In this document: positions 40,507 to 51,557 of the stretch, piece after piece
Layout of the letters: the number at the start of each line of letters is the position of its first letter
Numbering within the stretch: position 1 is the stretch's first letter
Assembly: GCA_943914515.1 (NCBI GenBank)
Contig: CALUCI010000003.1
Span: 6,494-70,493, forward strand
Direction of reading: 5' to 3'
DNA length: 64,000 bases
Source: an uncultured Pseudomonas sp.
Lineage (GTDB): Bacteria; Pseudomonadota; Gammaproteobacteria; Pseudomonadales; Pseudomonadaceae
The notes under the pieces: model-generated
Database searches by the model: none
Seen by the model: the letters and a program-made list of their open reading frames with translations, nothing else
Told to the model about the DNA's origin: nothing
Translations under genes and position numbers: made by a program

Positions 40507-40571
40507 GGCGCGGCGGCGGAACCACCTCGACGGTTTCCGGTCGAAACCCGGATATTTACAGAGGATCCGGC

Positions 40572-40892
40572 ATGAAAATCTCCGACGGTTTCGACGCCAA
40601 ACGCCTGCGCCAGCGTCAACCGGGCAAATGGCGGTCACGCCTTGCTGCGGTGTTTTCGGCCCTGCTGGTCTGCTCCGGCATCCTGCTAAGCATGGCCGGA
40701 GCAGCCAGCCTGCTGGGTAAACCGGCAGCGCTGGGCGAACTCAATGCCAACCCTGCCGCCGCCAGCCTCGTGCTCGGCGGCGGCTTGTTGTTCCTGTACC
40801 TCGGGATCTGGTTCTGGCGCCGACGCCGCCTGCGTCTGCGCCGTGGGCATGAGCTGAACCTGTCACCGCGCCTGATGAAAAAACACGATTGA
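40572..40892 (+). CDS. Hypothetical two-TM membrane protein
   Basis: GAGGA SD, two hydrophobic helices, basic C-terminus. Confidence 0.75.
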   Translation: MKISDGFDAKRLRQRQPGKWRSRLAAVFSALLVCSGILLSMAGAASLLGKPAALGELNANPAAASLVLGGGLLFLYLGIWFWRRRRLRLRRGHELNLSPRLMKKHD

Positions 40893-40944
40893 CTGCAATG
40901 CCGTGGGGACTCGCGTAAACTGCGCCGCCCAGGCGGAGGCTTAC

Positions 40945-41502
40945 ATGCAAGACGACGATTTTTCCCTGTTCAAGAGCGAAGTGCGCGGCGTCAAGCCGAT
41001 CAAGCACGACCGCGCCGACACCGGCAAAACCAGACCCGACCGCAAGCAACTCGCCAGCCTGCGGCAGAACGCGACCGTGCGCAGCGACCAGACCGTGGTC
41101 GATGGCCTGTCCGACCAGTTCGTCATCGACGTAGGCCCGGAAGACGACCTGCACTGGAGCCGTGACGGCGTCCAGGAAAGCCAGATGCGCAAACTCAAGC
41201 TGGGGCAGATCGGCTTCGAGGGCAGCCTCGACCTGCACGGCATGAGCGTCGAAAAGGCCCGGGAAACCCTCTGGGCGTTTCTCGCCGAAGCCACCCGTTT
41301 CGAAGTCCGCTGCGTGCGCGTCACCCACGGCAAGGCCGTGCGTCTGGACGGCAAGCGGCCAATGATCAAGAGCCACGTCAACACCTGGCTGCGCCAGCAC
41401 CCGCAAGTGCTCGGCTTCACCTCTTGCCAGGCCAGGCACGGCGGTGCCGGCGCGGTGTATGTGATGCTGCGCCGGACCATGCTCGAAGGTCGCGACGAGT
41501 AA
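40945..41502 (+). CDS. Smr domain endonuclease
   Basis: F...V.GVKPI N-terminus, LDLHG, VTHGK, HGGAGAVYV; ATG 40945 after GGAGG. Confidence 0.9.
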   Translation: MQDDDFSLFKSEVRGVKPIKHDRADTGKTRPDRKQLASLRQNATVRSDQTVVDGLSDQFVIDVGPEDDLHWSRDGVQESQMRKLKLGQIGFEGSLDLHGMSVEKARETLWAFLAEATRFEVRCVRVTHGKAVRLDGKRPMIKSHVNTWLRQHPQVLGFTSCQARHGGAGAVYVMLRRTMLEGRDE

Positions 41503-41571
41503 CACCGCACTTGCGGCGCCGCGACAGCCGCCGTACCCTTCGCGTTTGCGAAATACACCACAGGTAGATCC

Positions 41572-42117
41572 ATGTCCCTGGAACAGAACTACACCGCAAT
41601 CCTTGGCCAGCTCGGCGAGGATGTCTCCCGCGAAGGCCTGCTCGACACGCCAAAGCGGGCCGCGAAGGCCATGCAGTACCTTTGCCGCGGTTACAACCAA
41701 ACCCTCGAGGAAGTGACCAACGGCGCGTTGTTCAGCTCCGACAACAGCGAAATGGTCCTGGTCAGGGATATCGAGCTGTACTCGCTGTGCGAGCATCACC
41801 TGCTGCCTTTCATCGGCAAGGCGCATGTCGCCTATATCCCGAATGGCAAGGTGCTGGGCCTGTCGAAGGTGGCGCGAATCGTCGACATGTTCGCTCGCCG
41901 CCTGCAGATCCAGGAAAACCTCAGCCGCCAGATCGCCGAGGCCGTGCAACAGGTGACCGGTGCCGTGGGTGTGGCGGTGGTCATCGAAGCCAAGCACATG
42001 TGCATGATGATGCGCGGTGTCGAGAAGCAGAACTCCTCGATGATCACCTCGGTGATGTTGGGCGAGTTCCGCGAAAACGCCGCAACTCGCAGCGAGTTTC
42101 TCAGCCTGATCAAGTAA
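41572..42117 (+). CDS. folE: GTP cyclohydrolase I
   Basis: [36 protein letters not shown]. Confidence 0.97.
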   Translation: MSLEQNYTAILGQLGEDVSREGLLDTPKRAAKAMQYLCRGYNQTLEEVTNGALFSSDNSEMVLVRDIELYSLCEHHLLPFIGKAHVAYIPNGKVLGLSKVARIVDMFARRLQIQENLSRQIAEAVQQVTGAVGVAVVIEAKHMCMMMRGVEKQNSSMITSVMLGEFRENAATRSEFLSLIK

Positions 42118-42176
42118 TCGGGCGCGTCACACGAGCCGACCTGTCCAGGTCGGCTTTTTCTTTGTCAGGAGTTGCC

Positions 42177-42548
42177 ATGATCGTCAAAGCACTGCGGGTC
42201 GGCCTCGGCCAGGTGATCGTCTTTCTCGACTGGGTAAGCCGCCCGTCCAAGCTCAAACGCGATCCTGCCGCCCAGGCCCGGGTCGAGGAACAAGCCCGTG
42301 GGCTGAGCCTGTACCAGTTCCACGCCTGCCCGTTCTGCGTCAAGACCCGCCGCACGCTGCACCGCCTGAACGTGCCGGTGACGCTGCGCGATGCGAAGAA
42401 CAACGAGCAGGACCGCCAGACTCTGCTGAGCGAAGGCGGCAAGATCAAGGTACCGTGCCTGCGCATCGAAGAAAACGGCAAGACCACCTGGATGTACGAA
42501 TCCAAGGCGATCATCGAATACCTCGACCAGCGTTTTTCGGCGGCGTAG
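42177..42548 (+). CDS. Glutaredoxin-like protein
   Basis: CPFC, KVPCL, YES..I..YL; AGGAG SD before ATG 42177. Confidence 0.88.
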   Translation: MIVKALRVGLGQVIVFLDWVSRPSKLKRDPAAQARVEEQARGLSLYQFHACPFCVKTRRTLHRLNVPVTLRDAKNNEQDRQTLLSEGGKIKVPCLRIEENGKTTWMYESKAIIEYLDQRFSAA

Positions 42549-42569
42549 TCACGCTCCCACGGTTCCCCC

Positions 42570-42638
42570 CGTAGGAGCGGGTTCACCCGCGAGGCGGTTG
42601 TGGATTCCCCACGCATCGCGGGTAAACCCGCTCCTACG
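42570..42638. repeat. REP doublet, GTAG ends facing outward
   Basis: CGTAGGAGCGGGTTCACCCGCGA ... TCGCGGGTAAACCCGCTCCTACG between convergent genes. Confidence 0.9.
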
Positions 42639-42652
42639 AAATTTAGGACTTA

Positions 42653-43255
42653 TCAGCCCACCATCGGTACATGCCGTGGATGCGCCGCCACCCGCGCCAG
42701 CCACTCGCGCACCTTCGGGTAGCCACTCAGATCGAAGCCGCCCTCATGGGCCACATGGGTGTAGGCGTACAGTGCCACATCGGCAATCGAGTACTGCTCG
42801 CCTACCAGATACGGCGTCACTTCCAGTTGCCGCTCCATGACCCTCAGCGCCTTGTGGCCGCCCTTGTGCAGCTTGCGGTACTCGTCCAGGCGATCATCCG
42901 GCAGCCCCAGGTAAAACTGGATGAATCGCGCCACCGCGATGTACGGCTCGTGGCTGTACTGCTCGAAGAACTGCCATTGCAGCACCTGGGTGCGCAGGCG
43001 TGGCTCGGACAGCAGGAACTCGCTGCCCTCGGCAAGAAAGTTGAGAATCGCGTTGGACTCCCACAGGCAGGTGCCATCCTCCAATTGCAACACCGGCACC
43101 TTGCCGTTGGGGTTCATCGCCAGAAACTCCGGCGTCTGCGTCTCGCCGTTGAGAATATCCACAGACTGCCAGGTGTAGGGCAGGTCGAGCAGGCTCAGCA
43201 TCAGCTTGATCTTGTAGCAGTTGCCCGACTGGTAATCCCCGTAGACCTTGTACAT
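42653..43255 (-). CDS. Glutathione S-transferase
   Basis: SGNCYK, NPNGKVP, WESNAIL, SIADVALY. Confidence 0.92.
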   Translation of the reverse strand: MYKVYGDYQSGNCYKIKLMLSLLDLPYTWQSVDILNGETQTPEFLAMNPNGKVPVLQLEDGTCLWESNAILNFLAEGSEFLLSEPRLRTQVLQWQFFEQYSHEPYIAVARFIQFYLGLPDDRLDEYRKLHKGGHKALRVMERQLEVTPYLVGEQYSIADVALYAYTHVAHEGGFDLSGYPKVREWLARVAAHPRHVPMVG

Positions 43256-43400
43256 CGCGCCCTCCCCTTTGAACCAGAACGAAACCGGCCACCATGGTTG
43301 GTGACTGTACGGCTAATTGCAACGATTGCTGTATCGCAATCGGCAGCCCGTCGCACGGTAGCCTGAAAAATCTGCAAACACCTGTACTAAGGATTTCATC

Positions 43401-44594
43401 ATGTCCGACGCCACTTCCGTGCCTTTGCGGCCGCTGGCTGACTCCTCACCATCGGCAGTGGTCGCCGGTTTCATCGCCATGCTCACCGGCTACACCAGCT
43501 CACTGGTGCTGATGTTCCAGGCCGGCCAGGCGGCCGGACTGACCAGCGCGCAGATCTCTTCGTGGATCTGGGCGCTGTCCATCGGCATGGCGGTGTGCAG
43601 CATCGGCCTGTCGCTGCGCTACCGGACTCCGGTGACGGTGGCCTGGTCCACGCCCGGCGCGGCTTTGCTGATCACCAGCCTCGGCGGCGTGAGCTATGGC
43701 GAAGCCATCGGCGCCTACGTCACCTGCGCGATTCTGGTGGTGATCTGCGGCCTGACCGGCAGCTTCGAGCGCCTGGTCAGACGCATTCCGGCCTCCCTGG
43801 CGTCAGCGCTGCTGGCCGGGATTCTGTTCAAGATCGGCAGCGAAATCTTCGTGGCCGCCCAGCACCGCACCACGCTGGTCCTGGGCATGTTCTTCAGTTA
43901 CCTGCTGGTCAAACGCGTGTCGCCGCGCTACTCGGTGCTGGCGGCGCTGGTGGTCGGTACGGCGCTGTCCGGCGCCTTGGGCCTGCTGGACTTCAGCGGC
44001 TTTCGCCTGGAAGTGGCAACGCCGGTATGGACCACGCCAAGCTTCTCCCTCGCCGCGACCATCAGCATCGGCATTCCGTTGTTCGTGGTGGCGATGACCT
44101 CACAGAACATGCCGGGCGTCGCCGTCCTGCGTGCCGATGGCTATCAGGTGCCGGCCTCGCCGCTGATCTCGGTTACCGGCCTGGCCTCGCTGGTGCTCGC
44201 ACCGTTCGGCGCCCACGGGGTCAACCTGGCGGCGATCAGCGCCGCGATCTGCACCGGGCCGCATGCCCATGAAGACCCGAAAAAGCGCTATACCGCTGCG
44301 GTCTGGTGCGGGATTTTCTACGGCATCGCCGGCACCTTCGGCGCCACCCTGGCCGCCCTGTTCGCTGCACTGCCCAAGGAACTGGTGCTGTCGATTGCCG
44401 CACTGGCGCTGTTCGGTTCGATCATGAATGGCTTGAGCGTGGCAATGAACGAGGCCAGGGAACGCGAAGCGGCACTGATCACCTTCATGGTCACCGCCTC
44501 GGGCTTCACTCTGTTTTCCATCGGCTCGGCATTCTGGGGCATCGTCGCCGGGGTGCTGACGCTGCTGATCCTGAACTGGCGCAAGACCGCCTGA
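43401..44594 (+). CDS. BenE family benzoate/H+ symporter
   Basis: AWSTPGAALL, MTSQNMPG, NLAAISAAIC, REAALITF..TASG, AFWG. Confidence 0.92.
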   Translation: MSDATSVPLRPLADSSPSAVVAGFIAMLTGYTSSLVLMFQAGQAAGLTSAQISSWIWALSIGMAVCSIGLSLRYRTPVTVAWSTPGAALLITSLGGVSYGEAIGAYVTCAILVVICGLTGSFERLVRRIPASLASALLAGILFKIGSEIFVAAQHRTTLVLGMFFSYLLVKRVSPRYSVLAALVVGTALSGALGLLDFSGFRLEVATPVWTTPSFSLAATISIGIPLFVVAMTSQNMPGVAVLRADGYQVPASPLISVTGLASLVLAPFGAHGVNLAAISAAICTGPHAHEDPKKRYTAAVWCGIFYGIAGTFGATLAALFAALPKELVLSIAALALFGSIMNGLSVAMNEAREREAALITFMVTASGFTLFSIGSAFWGIVAGVLTLLILNWRKTA

Positions 44595-44615
44595 ACGGCA
44601 GCCGGATCTGCACCC

Positions 44616-46562
44616 TCAGATCCGGAAGTGCCCGACCATCCCTTTCAATTCGGCACCCAACTGCGCCAGCTCGATACTTGAGCTGGCGTTGCCTTGCATG
44701 GCCATCGCCGACTGATCGACGCTGCTGCGGATGTGCGTGACACTGCGGCTGATCTCTTCGGCCACCGAACTCTGCTGCTCCGCCGCCGCCGCGATCTGCT
44801 GGTTCATCTGCTGAATCAACGAGACTGCAGCGGCGATGCTGCCCAGCGCACTTTCGGTCTGCAGGGTGTCGGCCACCGCCAGCTTGACCAGTTCGCCGCT
44901 GTCCTGAATCTGCGCCACCGACGCCTGGGCATTGGCGCGCAGGCTGCTGACCAGTCGCTCGATTTCACCGGTGGACTGCTGGGTGCGCTGTGCCAGCGCC
45001 CTGACCTCATCGGCCACCACCGCAAAGCCGCGGCCCTGCTCGCCGGCGCGGGCGGCCTCGATGGCGGCGTTGAGCGCCAGCAAGTTGGTCTGTTCGGCGA
45101 CACTCTTGATCACCTCCAGTACCGAGCCGATGTGCTGGATCTCCGCACTGAGGCTTTCGATGCTGTGGCTGGCGGAGTCGGCGGCGCCAGCCAGGCGCTC
45201 GATGCGCTGCATGCTCTGGCGCACCACGCGCTGCCCGCTTTCGACTTTGTCGTCCGCCGACTGGGCTGCCTGCGCAGCCTCTTCGGCATCGCGGGCCACA
45301 CTGTGCACGGTGCTGGTCATCTGCTGCATCGCCGTGGCGACCTGGTCGGTTTCTTCTTTCTGGCTGCTGACTTCACGGTTGGTCTGCTCGGTCACCGCCG
45401 ACAGCGTGTGGGCATTGCTTGCCAGCTTGTCGATCCCGGCCTGCAACCCACTGACGATGCCGCTCAGCCCGCTGCCCATCTGCTGCATCGCCGCCAGAAG
45501 CTGGCCGACTTCGTCGTGACGGTCGACGCTGATTTCGCCGCGCAGGTCGCCGGCGGCAATTTCCCGCGCACGGGCAATCACCCGGCGCAGCGGCACAACA
45601 ATCGCGCGGGTGATCAGGATCGCCGCGACCACGCCCACCAGCAGCGCCAGCAACGACGACAGCAGGATCAGCAAGGCATTGCGCTTCAACTCGGCCTGCA
45701 TTGATGCGTCGATGCGCGCATTGATCTGCTCGACCCGGGTCGTGACCTGCTGGGCCCGTGCCTGCAACTGCTGACGTAGCTGGTCTTCGCGGGCAAGCAG
45801 GTCGGTGTATTCGCCAAGCTTTTCGCCGAAACTGGCGATATGCGTGGTCACTTCGCCAAGCACGCTCTGGTAACCCGGGTCCTGCACGCTTTGCTTGAGT
45901 TGCGCGGCCAGCGCCGCCGCCTGTTCCGCCTGTTCGATACGGCCCTGGCGCATTTCCTCGGCACCCTTGCGGTTCTGCTCCAGGCGCAGGCGCGCTTCGT
46001 CCATCGCCAGCAGCATCAGCCGCGCCACCTGGGCGACCTGCCCTGCCTGCTCGACGAACTCGGCGCCTTTCTGGCCCTGGGAATCCTTCAGCGTCCAGGT
46101 GCCGTCATCGGCCAGCCCGGACTGCAGGACATCGAGGTTGTTGGCCACGCTGGACACCGACCAACTGGCCATGTCCAGCGCCAGCTCCTTGGCCTGGGTC
46201 AGCTCGACGAACTGATCGAATGCCTCGCGGTACGCGCTCAAGGCAGCCCCCACGTCACTGCCGGCCAGTTCCGGCAACTGCCCGATCTGGCTGTTCAGGG
46301 CCTCGACGCCTTTGCGCAAGGCCTCGGCATCCGCGGGGTTGGAGCGCTGGGCGAAACGCTGCTCGTGCAGGCGCAGGGCAAGCGCGGCATCGTTGAACGC
46401 GGTCATCTGCTTCAGCCCGTCCACACGCTGGCCCAAACCGTACAGCGCAGCAATCCCGATGGCCGCCACCACGGCGGTCAGCATCAGTACCAGAGTGAAT
46501 CCAAGCCCCAGCTTGCGGGCCATGCCCAGGTTGGCAAAACCACCACTTGCGCCTGACTTCAT
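44616..46562 (-). CDS. Methyl-accepting chemotaxis protein
   Basis: Two TMs flanking a helical sensor, HAMP domain, [31 protein letters not shown]. Confidence 0.93.
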   Translation of the reverse strand: MKSGASGGFANLGMARKLGLGFTLVLMLTAVVAAIGIAALYGLGQRVDGLKQMTAFNDAALALRLHEQRFAQRSNPADAEALRKGVEALNSQIGQLPELAGSDVGAALSAYREAFDQFVELTQAKELALDMASWSVSSVANNLDVLQSGLADDGTWTLKDSQGQKGAEFVEQAGQVAQVARLMLLAMDEARLRLEQNRKGAEEMRQGRIEQAEQAAALAAQLKQSVQDPGYQSVLGEVTTHIASFGEKLGEYTDLLAREDQLRQQLQARAQQVTTRVEQINARIDASMQAELKRNALLILLSSLLALLVGVVAAILITRAIVVPLRRVIARAREIAAGDLRGEISVDRHDEVGQLLAAMQQMGSGLSGIVSGLQAGIDKLASNAHTLSAVTEQTNREVSSQKEETDQVATAMQQMTSTVHSVARDAEEAAQAAQSADDKVESGQRVVRQSMQRIERLAGAADSASHSIESLSAEIQHIGSVLEVIKSVAEQTNLLALNAAIEAARAGEQGRGFAVVADEVRALAQRTQQSTGEIERLVSSLRANAQASVAQIQDSGELVKLAVADTLQTESALGSIAAAVSLIQQMNQQIAAAAEQQSSVAEEISRSVTHIRSSVDQSAMAMQGNASSSIELAQLGAELKGMVGHFRI

Positions 46563-46693
46563 TGCTCGCCGTCCTCTCGCCCTGACCCTGGAAAACTCAC
46601 TGGATAACCAAGGGTGCAGAGTGGCAACGGCGCCGGTGACAGCACAAGTCACCGGCGCCGGAATAATGGCCAAAAGCTACGGCATCGTCGTTT

Positions 46694-48106
46694 TCAGGAA
46701 GCTGGAGGTCGTCGCGGCGACACTCGGCCAACCGCCTGAAAAAACGCTTGAGCACGCACATCCTGGGCATAGGCGACATTGATCCGCAGCCAGTCGCTGT
46801 CGGCACCTTGCGGATCGAAGGCAGACCCCGGCGACAGCAGCACGCCTTCAGCTTGGGCGACCCGCTGCAGGTGAGCGGCGTCGATGCCGGGAAAGCGGGT
46901 CCAGACGAACATCCCGCCGTAGGGCTCGGCAAACACCTCCCAGCCATTGGCCTCAAGCATCCGCAAGGCGCTGGCCATGTGCTGGGCCAGACGTACACGC
47001 AGGCGCTGCACGCTCTTGCGGTACACCCCGCTGGCAAGCAACTGGGCGACCACCTGCTCGGCGAAGCGCGAGGTGCCAATCCCGGTGACCATTTTCACTT
47101 CTGCCAGCCGCGCTATCAGCTCGCCCTCGGCGACCACATAGCCGACCCGCAACGAGCTGCTCAGGGTCTTGGAGAGGCTCGCCAGGTAAATCACCCGCTG
47201 CTGGCTGTCGAGGCTGACCAGGCGAGTGGCCTGACTGTCCTGGAAATCGGCGTAGATATCGTCCTCGATGATGCGCAGATCATATTCACCGGCCAGTTCC
47301 AGCAGGCGCTGGGCGACCTGCGGGCTGAGGCTGGTCCCGGTGGGATTGTGGTAGAGGCTGTTGATGAACAGAAATCCCGGCCGGTGCTCACGCAACAGCC
47401 GGGTCATCACGTCAAGATCGGGGCCACTCGCGGTGCGCGGCACTTCAAGCATGCGCACGCCATGCAGGCGCAGCAGGTTGTAGAGGTTGTAGTAGCCGGG
47501 GCTTTCCACCAGCACGGTATCGCCGGGCTTGAGCAAGGTCCGCACCAACAGGTCGAGGCCGTGGCTGGCGCCTTGGGTGGTGAGGATCTGCTCGGGCAGC
47601 ACCTGCAACCCCAGCAAGCCCAGACGCTTGCGCACCTGCTGGCGCAACGCGGTCAGGCCTAGCGGCGGGCCGTAGCCGAACAGATCGTGCTCGGCGCCGC
47701 GGCTGACCTGACGGATCGCCAGGGCAATTTCCTCGCTTTGTCGCCAGTTGTCGGGCAGCCAGCCACAGCCCAGGCGCAGCAGGTCTTCCTGCTCGTCACT
47801 GAACAACCGCCAACGGCCGTCCACGCCCTCGTCCCAGTGCGGTTCTTCGGCAAACGGCGCCTGGCCCTTGCGCTCGGCGACGAAAAAGCCGACTCCGTGG
47901 CGCGCCTCCAGCCAGCCCTGGGAAACCAGTCGATCGTAGGCCTCGATGGCACAGGACTGGCTGACTTCCTGCTCTCGGGCCAGATGACGGATCGACGGCA
48001 AGCGGCTGCCGGGACGCAGGCGCTGCGCAGTGATCCAGCCTTGCAGGCCTTCGCTCAGTTGCTGCACCAGCGGGGTCGGCCGTTGGCGATCGAGGTCGAG
48101 TTTCAT
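46694..48106 (-). CDS. MocR/GabR family PLP-dependent GntR regulator
   Basis: wHTH (RLPSIR.LA), HNPTG, IEDDIY, SLSK, LRVGY. Confidence 0.92.
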   Translation of the reverse strand: MKLDLDRQRPTPLVQQLSEGLQGWITAQRLRPGSRLPSIRHLAREQEVSQSCAIEAYDRLVSQGWLEARHGVGFFVAERKGQAPFAEEPHWDEGVDGRWRLFSDEQEDLLRLGCGWLPDNWRQSEEIALAIRQVSRGAEHDLFGYGPPLGLTALRQQVRKRLGLLGLQVLPEQILTTQGASHGLDLLVRTLLKPGDTVLVESPGYYNLYNLLRLHGVRMLEVPRTASGPDLDVMTRLLREHRPGFLFINSLYHNPTGTSLSPQVAQRLLELAGEYDLRIIEDDIYADFQDSQATRLVSLDSQQRVIYLASLSKTLSSSLRVGYVVAEGELIARLAEVKMVTGIGTSRFAEQVVAQLLASGVYRKSVQRLRVRLAQHMASALRMLEANGWEVFAEPYGGMFVWTRFPGIDAAHLQRVAQAEGVLLSPGSAFDPQGADSDWLRINVAYAQDVRAQAFFQAVGRVSPRRPPAS

Positions 48107-48222
48107 GACTGTACTGTTTGCTGCGTTTGGCCGAACAGTTAATCACAAATGCCGGCGAGCTGTGCCTTTTCGCCTGCGGCTACGCGTTCGAGAATTGCGC
48201 CTGTCATTACCAGGAGCTGCCG

Positions 48223-49392
48223 ATGATTACCCGCCAAGCGTGCGCCACACTGGCTTTCGCCCTGTGCCTGATCACTTTTGCCGTCAATCTGCAGGCGCCG
48301 CTGTACACCGCTTACGCGGCGCTGTCTGGCCAAGGCGCGGCGGCCACTGCGGTGGCGTTTTCCGGTTATGTCGTGGGCGTGTTGCCGGTGCTGCTGTTGC
48401 TCGGCGGCCTGGCTGATCGGGTCGGCCACAAGCCGTTGATCGTCGCGGCACTCGGTCTGTCGATGGCGGCTACATTGCTGATGCTGTTGGCTCCCGGCCT
48501 GACCACGCTGGCCTTCGCCCGAACCCTGCTGGGTATCGGCACCGCACTGGCGTCGGCCACCGGCACCGCCTACATGGGCGAATTGATGCACAACGGCGAC
48601 AGCCGTGCTGCGGCAAACCGGGTCACCGCCAGCACCTCGCTGGGCTTCGGCCTCGGCGCCGCGGCTACCAGCCTGTTTCTGCTGCAAGGTCCGACATTGG
48701 CGCCTGGCAGCTTCCATCTGCAATTGGCTCTGGCGTTGATCGCCCTGCTCGTGGTGCTGCGCCTGCCCGACCCGGCGCCACGTCGCAACACCGCGCTGTT
48801 GCGCCTGCCGTTTTATCCGGTCGGCAGCCTGCCCTTTGGCTTCGCGATTCTGCTGGCGTGGGCTTGCGTCGGCCTGGTGATCGCACTGATGCCGTCGATC
48901 CTCGCGCAGCATCACCTGGCCAACTGGTCGGGGCTGTCGACGTTTTGCGTGATCAGCTGTGGTCTGCTGTTCCAGCCGCTGGCACGGCGCATGTCCCCTC
49001 CCCGCTCCACCGGCCTTGGCCTGCTGGTGCTGCCCTGCAGTTACGCCTTGCTGGCCTGGGGCGCGCACAGCGGCAACCTGACAGCGGTACTGGCGGGCGC
49101 TATCGGCGCCAGCAGTGCCTGCTACGGTTTCATCTATCTGGGAGGACTGTCAGCGGTGAATGCCCTGGCGGGTGCAGAGAAAACCCGGGCCAGCGCCGGA
49201 TTCTTCCTGCTGGCGTACATGGGCTTCAGCCTGCCGGTGATCTTCACCGGCCTGCTGGCCGACCGCTTCGGCGCGGGCACCGCCCTGGGTCTGTTCGGTG
49301 CCTTGCTGCTGGCCGGCTGCCTGCTGGTCGCCGGCGCTCTGCTGCGCGCGGCCAGAAACACTGCGATTCAGGCGCTGCTCAGCGTCAGATAG
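48223..49392 (+). CDS. MFS transporter
   Basis: NLQAPLY, GGLADRVGHK, GLLADRFG; AGGAG SD; divergent from the MocR gene. Confidence 0.88.
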   Translation: MITRQACATLAFALCLITFAVNLQAPLYTAYAALSGQGAAATAVAFSGYVVGVLPVLLLLGGLADRVGHKPLIVAALGLSMAATLLMLLAPGLTTLAFARTLLGIGTALASATGTAYMGELMHNGDSRAAANRVTASTSLGFGLGAAATSLFLLQGPTLAPGSFHLQLALALIALLVVLRLPDPAPRRNTALLRLPFYPVGSLPFGFAILLAWACVGLVIALMPSILAQHHLANWSGLSTFCVISCGLLFQPLARRMSPPRSTGLGLLVLPCSYALLAWGAHSGNLTAVLAGAIGASSACYGFIYLGGLSAVNALAGAEKTRASAGFFLLAYMGFSLPVIFTGLLADRFGAGTALGLFGALLLAGCLLVAGALLRAARNTAIQALLSVR

Positions 49393-50146
49393 CCGTGGCC
49401 CCACCATCTACCGCCAGCGCCTGGCCGGTGGTGAAGGCGGCGCCATCGCTGCACAGGTAGAGCACCGCGCTGGCGATTTCTTCGACCTTGCCAATGCGCC
49501 CGACCGGGTGCATTGCGGCGGCGAACTCCGCCTTGCGCGGATCGGCCTCGTAGGCGCGGCGAAACATGTCGGTATCGATTACTGCCGGGCAGACCGCGTT
49601 GACCCGGATCTTCTTCTTGGCATATTCGATGGCGGCGGATTTGGTCAGGCCGATCACCGCGTGCTTGGACGCACTGTAGATACTCATCTTCGGCGCCGCG
49701 CCCAGACCGGCGACAGATGCGGTGTTGACGATGGCGCCGCCGCCCTGGGCCATGATCAGCGGCAACTGGTACTTCATGCACAGCCATACGCCCTTGACGT
49801 TGACACCCATGATCGCGTCGAACTCGGCTTCGCTGCCCTCGGACAGACGGCCCTGCTCGATCTCGATGCCGGCGTTGTTGAAGGCATAGTCGAGGCGGCC
49901 GTAAGCCTCGACGGTTCGGGCGAGCAACTGCTGGACATCGGCATCCAGGGTGACGTTGCAGGGCACGAAAATCGCCTCGCCACCGGCTGCGCGGATCAAT
50001 TCGACCGTGGCCTCGCCGCCGGCTGCGTCCAGGTCGGCGACGACCACTTTCAAGCCCTCTGCCGCAAAGGCCTGGGCCGTCGCACGGCCAATACCCGCCG
50101 CAGCCCCGGTGACCAGGGCAACCTGGCCGGAAAACGTCATGCTCAT
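49385..50146 (-). CDS. Short-chain dehydrogenase/reductase
   Basis: TGAAAGIG, NNAG, YSASK. Confidence 0.92.
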   Translation of the reverse strand: MSMTFSGQVALVTGAAAGIGRATAQAFAAEGLKVVVADLDAAGGEATVELIRAAGGEAIFVPCNVTLDADVQQLLARTVEAYGRLDYAFNNAGIEIEQGRLSEGSEAEFDAIMGVNVKGVWLCMKYQLPLIMAQGGGAIVNTASVAGLGAAPKMSIYSASKHAVIGLTKSAAIEYAKKKIRVNAVCPAVIDTDMFRRAYEADPRKAEFAAAMHPVGRIGKVEEIASAVLYLCSDGAAFTTGQALAVDGGATAI

Positions 50147-50373
50147 CGATAGCTCCTGCAAGAGATGGAAAGCGTGGCGAGAGTCTAGTCAGCCACTGCC
50201 AGGGTTGGGCAGCATCATCAAAATCCCGGTTGAAGCACTATGCAGCCAGGTGATTATCCGCAACCAGTGACATCACCCCGCTCGATAGTCGGGTATTCGC
50301 CGCGACGACCGCACTTGCCGAGCGAGCCTCGAAGGTCTATCACAAAGCTTTTGCCCAACCTTGCGAGGCTTCC

Positions 50374-51378
50374 ATGACTGCCCAGACCAACCGCCGCTTC
50401 CTGCTCGCCAAACGCCCGGTGGGCGCCGTGACCCGAGACGATTTCAGCTATGAGGAAGTCCCCGTGGGCGAGCCGGCCGAAGGCCAGGTGCTGGTCAAGA
50501 ACCTGTACCTGTCGCTGGACCCGGCCATGCGTGGCTGGATGAACGAAGGCAAGTCATATATCCCGCCCGTAGGCCTGGGCCAGGTGATGCGGGCACTGGG
50601 CGTTGGCGAGGTGGTGGCGTCGCGCAACCCGAAATTCGCCGTCGGTGACCACGTCAACGGTGCGCTGGGTGTGCAGGATTACTTCCTCGGCGAGCCGCAG
50701 GGCTTCTACAAGGTCGATCCGAAACTGGTGCCGCTGCCGCGTTACCTCTCGGCACTGGGCATGACCGGCATGACCGCCTACTTTGCCCTGCTCGACGTCG
50801 GCGCACCGAAGGCAGGCGACACCGTAGTGATTTCCGGCGCGGCCGGGGCGGTGGGCAGCATTGCCGGACAGATCGCCAAAATCAAAGGCTGCCGCGTGGT
50901 CGGTATCGCCGGTGGCGCGCAGAAGTGCCAGTACCTCAAGGATGAACTGGGCTTCGACGGCACCATCGACTACAAGGCCGAGGACGTGCTGGAAGGCTTG
51001 AAGCGCGAGTGTCCGAACGGCGTCGACGTGTATTTCGACAACGTCGGCGGCGACATTCTCGATGCCGTGTTGAGCCGGCTGAACTTCAAGGCGCGGGTGG
51101 TGATTTGCGGCGCCATCAGCCAGTACAACAACAAGCAGGCGGTAAAAGGCCCGGCCAACTACTTGTCGCTGCTGGTCAACAGGGCGCGTATGGAGGGCTT
51201 CGTGGTGATGGACTATGTCGCCCAGTATGGCGCGGCGGGCCAGGAGATCGCCGGGTGGCTGGCGACCGGCAAGCTGAAAAGCCGGGAGGATGTGGTGGAG
51301 GGCCTGGAAACCTTCCCCGAAACGCTGTTGAAGCTGTTCAGCGGCGAGAACTTCGGCAAGCTGGTGTTGAAGGTCTGA
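50374..51378 (+). CDS. NADP-dependent oxidoreductase (CurA/PTGR-like MDR)
   Basis: YLSLDP.MRG, GMTGMTAY, GAAGAVG, DVYFDNVGG, GENFGK. Confidence 0.92.
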   Translation: MTAQTNRRFLLAKRPVGAVTRDDFSYEEVPVGEPAEGQVLVKNLYLSLDPAMRGWMNEGKSYIPPVGLGQVMRALGVGEVVASRNPKFAVGDHVNGALGVQDYFLGEPQGFYKVDPKLVPLPRYLSALGMTGMTAYFALLDVGAPKAGDTVVISGAAGAVGSIAGQIAKIKGCRVVGIAGGAQKCQYLKDELGFDGTIDYKAEDVLEGLKRECPNGVDVYFDNVGGDILDAVLSRLNFKARVVICGAISQYNNKQAVKGPANYLSLLVNRARMEGFVVMDYVAQYGAAGQEIAGWLATGKLKSREDVVEGLETFPETLLKLFSGENFGKLVLKV

Positions 51379-51557
51379 ATGAACGCCTTTCGCCATTGAT
51401 AGCAGCTACGTTCCGGCCCCCAGCCCGCTGCTGCGGGCCGACACAGGGGACTCGACAATCGGCGGCATTGGGCTATTATTCGGCACCCCGAAGGGGCGGG
51501 TAGCACCCGTCCCTCTACATTGATTGACCGCTATCCGAGCGGATAACCGAGAGATTC

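Noticed and set aside
46629..46659. 12-bp stem GGCGCCGGTGAC/GTCACCGGCGCC upstream of the MCP
   Set aside because: No U-tract or other support; cannot assign a function.
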